DNA of 64,000 bases, taken from NCBI GenBank assembly GCA_038231135.1, contig JBBRLX010000022.1:1-64000 (forward strand). Reading direction: 5' to 3'. The position numbers were made by a program, and so were the translations under genes. Of the stretch, positions 53,901 to 62,400 are shown piece after piece (the first letter of the stretch is position 1; every line of letters begins with the position of its first letter). Source of the stretch: Candidatus Eiseniibacteriota bacterium (GTDB lineage: Bacteria > Eisenbacteria > RBG-16-71-46). The notes below the pieces were generated by a model. The model did no database searches. It was given only the letters and a program-made list of their open reading frames with translations, and had not been told where the DNA came from.

Positions 53901-55379
53901 GGCTCGCACGTCGAGTACTTCTTCCGCCGCGAGGACATGGACACCCACGAGATCTCGCTGTGCCCGGACACCAACCGGGTGTTCCCGCAGCCCTGTGAGA
54001 GTTCGAGCGACGGGCATCGCTGGCAGGAGTTCAGCGTGCTGCCCGACCGCTGGAAGGCGTCGAACTACACGCATCCCGTACTCGGCACGCCGGGCCGGGG
54101 GACCGCGTGCATGCTCTTTGTGGATCTGGCGGATCGGCGCGGGTCCGAGCGCACCTGGGTGGGGATCGCGGACACCATCAACGCCACGTCGTACGAGAAA
54201 TATGGTGCGCACAACGGCTGGCATGCCGCCGGTAATGGTGCCGACATCAACGATCCCGCGGGGTTTGTGCGCAGGCACATCGGACAGCCCGGCACCACGT
54301 GGGACATGCTCGGGGTGAAGGCGGGCGAGTCGCTGAATTCTCAATCGGGCGGGCTCGGCAGCCGGGGCGGGGTGTCGGGCCTGTCGTTCAACGACAACGC
54401 CAATGTCCAGATCAACGGCAAGACGTCGCGCATCGGTCCCACCGAGGAGATGCTCAATACCTACTACAAGGTGCTGTACATGCTCAGCGGCGACTTGAAT
54501 TCGAAACTGTTCGGTCCGTTCAAGGATCGTAGTTCGAACGACTACAAGGTGATGCAGGACTTTCTGCTGTCCGGCAATGCGCAGTCGGTGAATCGCGGGC
54601 TGTTCGCGGAAGGGAATGGCTTCGTGGAGGCCACCGACGACGGGGGGCTGGGGACGAATTTTCTGACCGGCTATCTGGGGGTCGCATTACGGAATCCCAA
54701 TTACATGGCCGAGTCCCAGAACACGGCGCTGGGCGCGCAGGTCACTCCGACGGCCGAGGTCGATCCTTCGCATGCCGATGTCTACGGCGTGTCCAATAGC
54801 TGCACGACCTCCCTGGACGTGCTGGATCAGGATCCGGGGCTCGCCTCCGAAACGGCCGTGGCCACGTTCTATGAGCCCGTCGGGAACAACGCGCCTTACA
54901 TCTCGGGTTTGCTGCACCATCACACGTCGAATCATCCGTGGATCACGCTCACCGATGGATTCGACCTGTCGGATATGCAGATCGGGCGCCGCCCGTACAT
55001 GTTCAATGTCATGAACCACGCGTTCGGGTCCATCTGCCAGGTCGCCGGCAGCCCGTGTGGCGAAGACTGCGGCGACGCTCCCGGCGGTGACGCCCGGGCA
55101 CTCGACTTCCTGCGCCTCGACGGCAACCCGGCGCGTGCCGGCTACGCGCGCATCACGTTCGGGCTCGCGCGCGCGGAGCGGGCGACGCTGTGCGTCTATG
55201 ATGTCGGCGGGCGGCGGGTGCGCACCATCGCCGACCGGGTGTTTCCACCCGGCGAGCACAGCATCGTATGGGACGGCTACGACAGCGTGGGCTCGCGCTC
55301 GGCGCGCGGGATCTACTTCGTCCGGGTGCGCCATGCCGATGGACGCGAGGATGCGCGCAAGCTCGTGATGTTGAGATAA
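50994..55379 (+). CDS. Very large secreted protein with FlgD/T9SS-like C-terminal domain
   Basis: Signal peptide; 1461 aa; C-terminus GNPAR...VYDVGGRRVRTI...WDGYDSVG...GIYFVRV...KLVMLR. Confidence 0.82.
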   Translation: MRVKAIHRCFLSVPRAQWIRRFLPGSAFLLLAIVGLFRAGTVVAAPDDENLAPILTRPTGAIASRASRLGTSAAPDTIYVGYTPGHSADNGWSVWAGRGLHRPPTQGGMWDFEPPYADVHGDSLQGWWSYRNQMTGTGGLTIPDHLRPWRALDFGNVANYVFGAGKRTFGVVGVWHVDGGNTVVPPAATNWTGETDGGVKWAPLAGNASAWMGLRRHGDNTQVDPITNNPFNEDVLIFDQNGAIGAGGSDKKFPGFGGQMDQMLYRDIDLSGAGDTTLTVSFQYRTQLSTSFGTNDLTRQGWFVHDPLTVITGGSNPNYIQNNSTVVHPPTDSLMVYVGAPSEGSVKLSDGAVHAIYDPLRRWFGEVIRSNEGLYKEILSRGGNTAATNSGSLVIPGSVLGPLKAAGANRVRLVFRVKTERSFNDETQNVNGYSSNGVGAAIIDNVTIAKGLGAPAVIGAFESQSEIDNNAGVPALDAWKSTGKPPQPFHHVHQLSPGAGLLYQDICGPVGDASRICDMQGQVVSAGDHDHNERSGGTFGTAEQEPFQGIWSPTIHLTGQGYSGPMNNMGLTLTDATPTDDYYIDYEVYTGIFDFFNEGNAWRTGFISYPSATTASGIGEHPRWGETRFPGGLFFDPDKQCLRVIQGVRANGMMRTTNVSGIPDSVRIYVGTRQECYRFNIPQSEFLDGAYWDNLSLDIVDGAPELLSVDIWHWISDTFPFNDSPGIAGIAAVFDTTTALVKSGLNIAPTTASTTDPRFDVPGDTTVVNALGDSVRMDLVFRILPGPGNYVNPALGVNSQLKAKPNGPAPIPVPASGVTNFWSNYMFDNGAHGSPGGHPTATGGPLAGQRIWSPHVWNSARCDTAQINVFPMQRRGVLQIPSLGLFMTAYHETELTNPHRGVLGVPRNICFVADTTLIVPTSTVICGSGAMPVGVTYPPAWVNAPGSGYNGSSTTKEGTKILPDGLLTPGSHVEYFFRREDMDTHEISLCPDTNRVFPQPCESSSDGHRWQEFSVLPDRWKASNYTHPVLGTPGRGTACMLFVDLADRRGSERTWVGIADTINATSYEKYGAHNGWHAAGNGADINDPAGFVRRHIGQPGTTWDMLGVKAGESLNSQSGGLGSRGGVSGLSFNDNANVQINGKTSRIGPTEEMLNTYYKVLYMLSGDLNSKLFGPFKDRSSNDYKVMQDFLLSGNAQSVNRGLFAEGNGFVEATDDGGLGTNFLTGYLGVALRNPNYMAESQNTALGAQVTPTAEVDPSHADVYGVSNSCTTSLDVLDQDPGLASETAVATFYEPVGNNAPYISGLLHHHTSNHPWITLTDGFDLSDMQIGRRPYMFNVMNHAFGSICQVAGSPCGEDCGDAPGGDARALDFLRLDGNPARAGYARITFGLARAERATLCVYDVGGRRVRTIADRVFPPGEHSIVWDGYDSVGSRSARGIYFVRVRHADGREDARKLVMLR

Positions 55380-55450
55380 CGGACGACAGTATCGCCGTGC
55401 CCGGGGGCCGGGCTCACCGCCCGACCCCCTGTGTTAAGGTTTCCAGTTCC

Positions 55451-57817
55451 ATGAGTATCTCTCCGGTCCCCGCCGCCGCCATATCGCCCGTGCCGGCGCC
55501 GCATCTGCCGGTCCCGGAGGGCGAGGGCTGCCTCGAAATCCTGTCCGACCGGCTGCGAATGAGCCCGGGCATCGTCGCGATCGAGGCCGATTTCGGCGAG
55601 TCCACGCTCACCGTGCGGTACCAGCCGTCGCAGGTGTCCACCGAGCAACTCAACGAGATCGCCGACGACGTGGGCACGCTGTTCGCCCAGCGGGTGACCC
55701 AATGCGAGCGCCGCGAGGCGCTGGGTTCGTGCGAGGAATGCGCGCTCCGCATCGGCCGCATCCCCGACGCCCGGGCCGGCGTGTTCCGCCCGATCGCGGA
55801 TCACGACCGCGTCGGCATCACCCGGCTCGACGTGCCGCCCGACAGCGCCGAACTCGTCCGGCCGCTCACCCGCGCGAAGCCGTGGGGCGCCCGCCTGACG
55901 CACGCGGAGCAGGAGCACCTGGCGAAGGGTCAGGCGATGGCGCTGCTCACCGGGGTCTGCCTGGTGCTGCTCGCAGCCGGCATGCTGCTCGAGCGCTCGC
56001 GGCTGCCCGCAGCCTGGGCACACGCCGTATTCGTGCTGTCGGCGCTCACCGGGAGCTGGTTCGCGCTCAAGTCGACGCTCCGCTCGCTCGCGCGGGGCCG
56101 GTTCGACGTGAACCTGCTCATGATCCTTGCCGCCGTGGGCGCCGGCTGGATCGGCTACGTGTTCGAGGGCGCGGTGCTGATGTTCCTGTTCTCGCTCAGC
56201 AACACGCTCGAGGTCTACACCATGGGCCGCACGCGGCGTGCGCTGCACGCGCTGCTCAAGCTGCGCCCGGCCGTCGCGCTCGTGCTGCGCGGCGGGCGCG
56301 AGATCGAGGTCGAGGCGGAATCGGTGCAGGTCGGCGAGCGCGTGATCCTCAAGCCCGGCACCGCGATTCCGGTGGACGGCATCGTGCTGTCGGGCACGTC
56401 GCTGGTGGACCAGAGCACGCTCACCGGCGAGTCGGTGCCGGTGACCAAGACGGCCGGCGACCGGGTGTTCGCGGGCACGCTCAACCACCAGGGCGCGCTC
56501 GAGGTGCGCTCCACGCGCGTGTCGGGCGACACCACGCTGGCGCGGATCGTCCAGCTGGTGCAGGAGGCGCAGGAGCAGAAGTCCCGGACCGAGGAGGTGG
56601 CGGAGTGGGTCGGCCGCTACTACACGGTGGCGGTGATGGTGGTGGCTGCGCTCATGATCATCGTGCCGCCGTTCGTGCTCGGCCAGGACTTCCGCAGCTC
56701 GTTCTACCGGGCGATGACGCTGCTGGTGGTCGCGTCGCCGTGCGCGCTGGTGATCGCAACGCCGGCCACGATCCTGTCGGCGATCGCGAACGCCGCGCGC
56801 CACGGCGTGCTGTTCAAGGGAGGACGATTCATCGAGGCGCTGGGCCGCGTGCAGGCGGTGGCGTTCGACAAGACCGGCACGCTCACCCAGGGCCGGTTCG
56901 AGGTCACAGACGTGATCGCGCTGCCCGGCACGACGGAGGTGGACGTGCTGGCGTGGGCTGCGAGCGCGGAGAAGCGCTCGCAGCACCCGCTCGCCCAGGC
57001 GGTGGTGCGGGCCGCCGAGCAGCGCTCGATCGCCTACACTCCCGCGGACCAGCTGGTGTCGCATCTCGGCAAGGGCCTCGTCGCCCAGGTGAACGGCGCC
57101 GCGGTCGAGATCGGCACCCCGGAGCTGTTCGTCCAGCTCGGCACCGTGGTGCCGGCCCAGGTCCTGGCACACATCGAGCGCCTGAACGGCGACGGCCGCA
57201 CCGCGATGGTCGTGCATCGCTGCGGCGCGTGGGGTGTGATCGCCGCCGCCGATCAGGTGCGGCCGACCTCCGCGGACGTGGTGCGCGATCTCAAGCGCGC
57301 CGGGGTCCGGAGCGTCGTGCTGCTGTCCGGCGACAGCATCCACACGGTGGAGGCGATCGCGCGCCGCGTGCAGGTCGACGAGTTCCACGGCGGCCTGCTG
57401 CCGGAGGACAAGGTGAACGTGGTCGGCGCGCTCGAGCAGCGGTTCGGCGCGGTGGCCATGGTGGGGGACGGCGTGAACGACGCCCCGGCGCTGGCCCGCG
57501 CGAGCGTCGGCATCGCCATGGGCGGCATCGGCAGCGATGCCGCGATGGAGAGCGCGGACGTGGTGCTGATGTCGGACGACCTCACGGCGCTGCCCTACGC
57601 GCTGCGGCTGAGTCGCAAAGCGCGCACGATCGTGACCCAGAACCTGGTGATCGCGGTTGGCGTCATGGCGGTGCTCGTCGCGCTCGTGTTCCTCGGCCAG
57701 CACACCCCGTTCGGGCCGCTCAAGCTGCCCTACGCCGTGTCGGGCCACGAGGGCAGCACGGTCGTCGTGATCCTGAACGGGCTGCGATTGCTCGGCGAGA
57801 GACGCGGCAAGGTCTAG
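55451..57817 (+). CDS. Heavy-metal-translocating P1B-type ATPase (SPC / HEGST, P1B-4-like)
   Basis: TGES, SPCALV, DKTGTLT, SQHP, GDGVNDAP, HEGST. Confidence 0.93.
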   Translation: MSISPVPAAAISPVPAPHLPVPEGEGCLEILSDRLRMSPGIVAIEADFGESTLTVRYQPSQVSTEQLNEIADDVGTLFAQRVTQCERREALGSCEECALRIGRIPDARAGVFRPIADHDRVGITRLDVPPDSAELVRPLTRAKPWGARLTHAEQEHLAKGQAMALLTGVCLVLLAAGMLLERSRLPAAWAHAVFVLSALTGSWFALKSTLRSLARGRFDVNLLMILAAVGAGWIGYVFEGAVLMFLFSLSNTLEVYTMGRTRRALHALLKLRPAVALVLRGGREIEVEAESVQVGERVILKPGTAIPVDGIVLSGTSLVDQSTLTGESVPVTKTAGDRVFAGTLNHQGALEVRSTRVSGDTTLARIVQLVQEAQEQKSRTEEVAEWVGRYYTVAVMVVAALMIIVPPFVLGQDFRSSFYRAMTLLVVASPCALVIATPATILSAIANAARHGVLFKGGRFIEALGRVQAVAFDKTGTLTQGRFEVTDVIALPGTTEVDVLAWAASAEKRSQHPLAQAVVRAAEQRSIAYTPADQLVSHLGKGLVAQVNGAAVEIGTPELFVQLGTVVPAQVLAHIERLNGDGRTAMVVHRCGAWGVIAAADQVRPTSADVVRDLKRAGVRSVVLLSGDSIHTVEAIARRVQVDEFHGGLLPEDKVNVVGALEQRFGAVAMVGDGVNDAPALARASVGIAMGGIGSDAAMESADVVLMSDDLTALPYALRLSRKARTIVTQNLVIAVGVMAVLVALVFLGQHTPFGPLKLPYAVSGHEGSTVVVILNGLRLLGERRGKV

Positions 57818-58066
57818 CCCCGGGCTCCAGCGGGCCGCGATTCCAGGGGGGAGAGGCGCGGGACTGGCCGGCCGGGGTCCCCGCCGCGTTCAGCTCGCCC
57901 GAACAGACGCGCGGAATGGCTCGAACGAAGGCCCGGTCCCCTGTCGGGAACGGCAACAATTCAGCGGCGGTTCAGAATCGTGTGCCTGCCCCCTCGAACC
58001 GCCTTCGGAAGCCGCTGCGGGGACCTTGTGGCGGGCCCCGGGACCGGCTGTTAGACTGCCCCGCTC

Positions 58067-58987
58067 ATGGCCCTGCTCAAGCGTTCCATCGACGTCATCG
58101 GCGTACCCGTGGACCTGGGCGCCGGGCGCCGCGGAGTCGACATGGGACCGTCGGCAATCCGCGTGGCCGACCTGGAGGCCCGCCTCGAGGCGCTGGGCCA
58201 CAAGGTGCAGGATCTGGGCGACCTCGACGTGATGATCCCCGAGACCCAGAAGGTGGGCGAGGGGAAGCTGCGCTACAAGGCGCCGATCCTCGCCACCTGC
58301 GACGCGCTGCGCAAGGCCGTCCAGTCGAGCCTCAAAAAGGGCCGCATGCCGCTGGTGCTCGGCGGCGACCACAGTCTTGCGATCGGGTCGGTTGCGGGGT
58401 CCGCGGGGTTCTTCGCCGCCCGGGGCGAGTCGCTGGGGCTGATCTGGTTCGACGCCCACGGTGACGCGAATACCCCGAAAACCACGCCATCCGGCAACAT
58501 TCACGGCATGTCGCTCGCGGTTTCGCTCGGGCTCGGCGACCCGGATCTGGTGCAGTTGGGTGGCCATGCTCCCAAGGTGCTGCCCCGGAATACCGTGCTG
58601 ATCGGCATCCGCGACCTGGATCCCGGCGAGCAGGTCATGTTGAAGGCGAGCGGCGTTACGGTCTACACCATGCGGGACGTCGACGAGCGTGGTATGCGCG
58701 ACGTGGTGGACGAGGCCACCCGCCTCGCCAGCGACGGCACCGGCGGCGTGCACCTGTCGTTCGATCTCGACGTCGTGGATCCCGAGGACGCGCCCGGCAC
58801 CGGCACTCCGGTGTGGGGCGGCATCACCTACCGCGAGGCGCACCTCGCCATGGAGATCCTGAGCGACCGGGCGAACATCGTGGCGATCGACCTGGTCGAG
58901 GTGAATCCGGTGCTCGACACCCAGAACATGACCGGCACCCTCGCGGCCGAGCTCGCCCAGAGCGTGCTCGGGAAGCGCATCCTCTAG
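58067..58987 (+). CDS. rocF: Arginase
   Basis: GGDHS, DAHGD, SGNIHGM, SFDLDVVDP, GTPVWGG, EVNP. Confidence 0.95.
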   Translation: MALLKRSIDVIGVPVDLGAGRRGVDMGPSAIRVADLEARLEALGHKVQDLGDLDVMIPETQKVGEGKLRYKAPILATCDALRKAVQSSLKKGRMPLVLGGDHSLAIGSVAGSAGFFAARGESLGLIWFDAHGDANTPKTTPSGNIHGMSLAVSLGLGDPDLVQLGGHAPKVLPRNTVLIGIRDLDPGEQVMLKASGVTVYTMRDVDERGMRDVVDEATRLASDGTGGVHLSFDLDVVDPEDAPGTGTPVWGGITYREAHLAMEILSDRANIVAIDLVEVNPVLDTQNMTGTLAAELAQSVLGKRIL

Positions 58988-59425
58988 CGTTCCATTCCGG
59001 AACCCCGCCGAAATCGGCGGCCGATGGACGCCCGCGCTCCGGCACGTTATCCACAGTGTCCGCGGATTTCAGCGGGCAGGCTCGCCACCACCGCTATCGT
59101 CAAGGGGCGATGCCATCTCGGCGCGGCCGCGTCGTTGGCGGCCGGAACACGATGTTCGCCACCGCGCCGATTTGTTTGCCGGGGGCAACTGTCGAGGAAT
59201 CTGACGAAGTTTTCGGGTGACCAAACCCATCACGCGGGTGGTCCTGCGCAGTTCCGATCAATGAATATGCGGGTCCAACGCATGTTTTTCGTTTCACACG
59301 TTGCCCAGCTGTATTAAACTTGTTCCTCGCAATCCAAGGCCGAGTGCGAACAGTCATGCCCTGCGGCCGCTCGTTTGTTGACCACACGCAACATCGCACA
59401 AACATCCGAAACGGGGTCAAACCAC

Positions 59426-62400
59426 ATGCTGCTCTCCTCGGGATTCCTCGAGAAGGTCTCACGAATTGCCACGTTCAAGCGTCGAACGCGTTTGCGGAAC
59501 GGGCTGATCGCGTGGACCACCGCTTTGCTGTTCGCATCCACATCGAATGCGTTCGCGGCCACGTTCTTCGTGGACGCGGCGAACCCGAACGCAAACGATG
59601 CCGGTCCCGGATCCGCCTCCATTCCGTACAAGACGATCCAGGCGGCCGTCACCGGCCACGCCACCGCTGGCAATACGATCACCGTGAATCCCTCGGTGTA
59701 TCGCGAGCAGGTGACGTTCCCGAACGCCGGTAGTTCCGGCAGCCGCATCGTGCTGATCGCGAGCGGTCCCGGAGTGGTGATCAGCGGCAGTGACGACTTC
59801 TCGTTCGCGAACAAGTGGGTGAACATCGGCGGCAACGTGTATCTGGCGTCCAGCGTCAACTGGGTGCCGGGCCAGGTGTTCGTGGACGGCGCGCGCATGA
59901 CCGCGTCCGCCGTGTCCCCGGTGTCGATCCCCACGAACAGCTACCGGTTCGTGTCGGGCATCGGCCTGTACGCGAACGTCGGCGGCGGCAATCCCGGCTT
60001 CCACACCATGGACGTCGGCCACCGCGCGAGCGGCGTCGTGATCGGGCACTCCTACATCACGCTCGACGGCGTCAAGGTGACCAAGACCGACGACAAGGCG
60101 ATCAGCGTGCCCGCGGGCTCGACGGGAATCATCGTCCAGAACTGCACGATGAATTTCGCGAACAAGTTCGGCATTCAGGTCAGTGGCTGCACGAGCGTGT
60201 CGATCCTGAAGAACAACGTGTCGGACAATGCCGACCACGGCATCTTCGTGACCGACTCGAGCTCGGCCTGCATCGTGCGCGGCAACGAGTCTTATCGGAA
60301 CTTGCGCCCGTCGGCGCGCGCCGCGAACGGCATCAACATCAACACTTCGCCGAGCTGCACGGTCGAGAGCAACAATTGCCACGACAACCAGGACTCGGGC
60401 ATCCAGTTCTACAATGGCTCGAACAACGGTATCTCACGCAACAACGTGAGCTGGAACAACGGTGACCACGGCTACGACCATCTGCAGAGCACCGGCGTCA
60501 AGCATTCGAACGACATGGCCTACAACAATTTCAAGGACGGGTTCTCGATCGAAGGCAGCTCGAGCGGCTGCTCGCTGTTCAACTGCATCGCGGTCGACAA
60601 CGGCCTCAATTCCAGCGAAGTCGACCTGTGGGTCGACGCCGCGTCGATGGTCGGGTTCACCTCCGACTACAACATCTTCTGGAACACGGTCGTGAATTCC
60701 GACCTCGTCAAGATCGACGTGAACCGGTACCAGACCCTTACGGCGTACAAGTCCGCGAACTCGGGCAAGGACACCCACTCGAAGCAGCTGGATCCGCTGT
60801 GGATCTTCCCGTCGACGGCGAATTTCCATCTGACGTCCGGTTCGCCGGCCATCGACGCCGCCAGCGCCAGCGCCACCAGCTGGTCCGCCACCGACGCCGA
60901 CGGCCTTGCGCGCGCCGACGATCCGCTGACCTCGAACACCGGCACCGGTTCGCCCGCGTACTCGGACATCGGTCCCTATGAATACCGTCCCGCCGGCCTC
61001 AAGCCGGTGGCGTCGCTCAAGCTCACGCCGTCGAACGGCACCACGCCACTCAACGTGCTCGCCGATGGTTCGCTGTCGAACGATCCCGATGGCACGATCG
61101 CGGCGTATCGGTATGATTTTGGCGACGGCTTCACCGCCGGCCCGACGCTGTCCCCGACGCTGAGCCATGTCTACAACACCTCCGGCACATTCACCGGCAA
61201 GCTGACGGTCGTCGACAACCTTGGACAGACCACGGTCGCGACCGCGAAGGACACCATTATCCAGGGCGATCGCCCGCCGGTCGTGAATCTCAATCCGCCC
61301 ACCGCATCGGTGGACGAAGGCCAGGTGGTTCAGGTCGTGGTCACGGCCAGCGACCCTGACGGACAGCCGATCACCTCGCTGACCGCGGACCTGTCCCAGC
61401 TGCCGCCCGGCAACAACGCGACGTTCGTTCCCAATGGCTCGAACACCTCGGGCACGTTCACCTGGACGCCCGCGGCCGGCATGATGGCCGAATTTCCCTA
61501 TAGCGTCCCGTTCACCGCGTCGAACGCGCTGAGCACCATCAATACGGCCGCGATCACGGTGACCAAGGCCAACGTGCTGCCGACGGCCGCGCTGAACGTC
61601 ACGCCGCGGTCGGGCAACTCCCCGCTGTCCGTCACCGCCGACGCCTCGGGATCCACGGACTCCGACGGCTCGATCGTGTCGTACAAGTTCGACTTCGGCG
61701 ACGGCACGCTCGTAGGCCCGCAGGCGAGCCCCACGGCGACCCACAGCTACGCCGTGGGCAACTGGAACGCATCGGTCATCGTCACCGACGACCGCGGCGG
61801 CGCATCGATCTCGAACGCCGTCTCCGTGCAGGCGCTCGGCATCGGTGCCAACCTGGCGCCGAATCCCGGGTTCGAGACGAACACCGCGAACTGGGGCCCG
61901 ACACCGTCCACCGGCAGTACGGCGGACACGCTGACCCGCGTCGCGGGCGGCCAGCCGACCGGCGGCTTCTCGGCCCGACTCAAGAGCGCGGCTACCAGCA
62001 CGGTGCTGTTCGGCATCAACGACTCGGGAAACATCGTGTCGGATACCGGCCCGAATGGCACCACGTTCCATTACGAAGCGTGGGTGCGTTCCGACGCCAG
62101 TCACGGCAGCGCCAAGATCCGGCTGCGTGAGTTCACCAGCGGCAACGCGTCGCTCGGCAGCACGCTGTCGAATGCGGTCACGCTGTCGACCACATGGCAG
62201 AAGTTGTCGATCGACTACACGCCGCTCGGCGCGAACTCCACGGTCGACTTCAATGTCATGGACCAGCCTGCCGTCGCGGGCGAGTCGTTCAACGTCGACA
62301 ACGTCGTCGTGCAGCAGCTCGCGGTGTCGAATCCGATCGTCACCGGACCGTCTTCGGCGTCCGGCCCCGAGGCGAGCCCCATCAGCTTCACGGTCACGGC

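Noticed and set aside
59047..59055. Perfect DnaA box TTATCCACA
   Set aside because: Single copy, with no box cluster, unwinding element or dnaA/dnaN nearby; not enough to call oriC.
58988..59425. Possible c-di-GMP riboswitch or ncRNA upstream of the giant surface gene
   Set aside because: Only short hairpins; the consensus could not be matched by eye.
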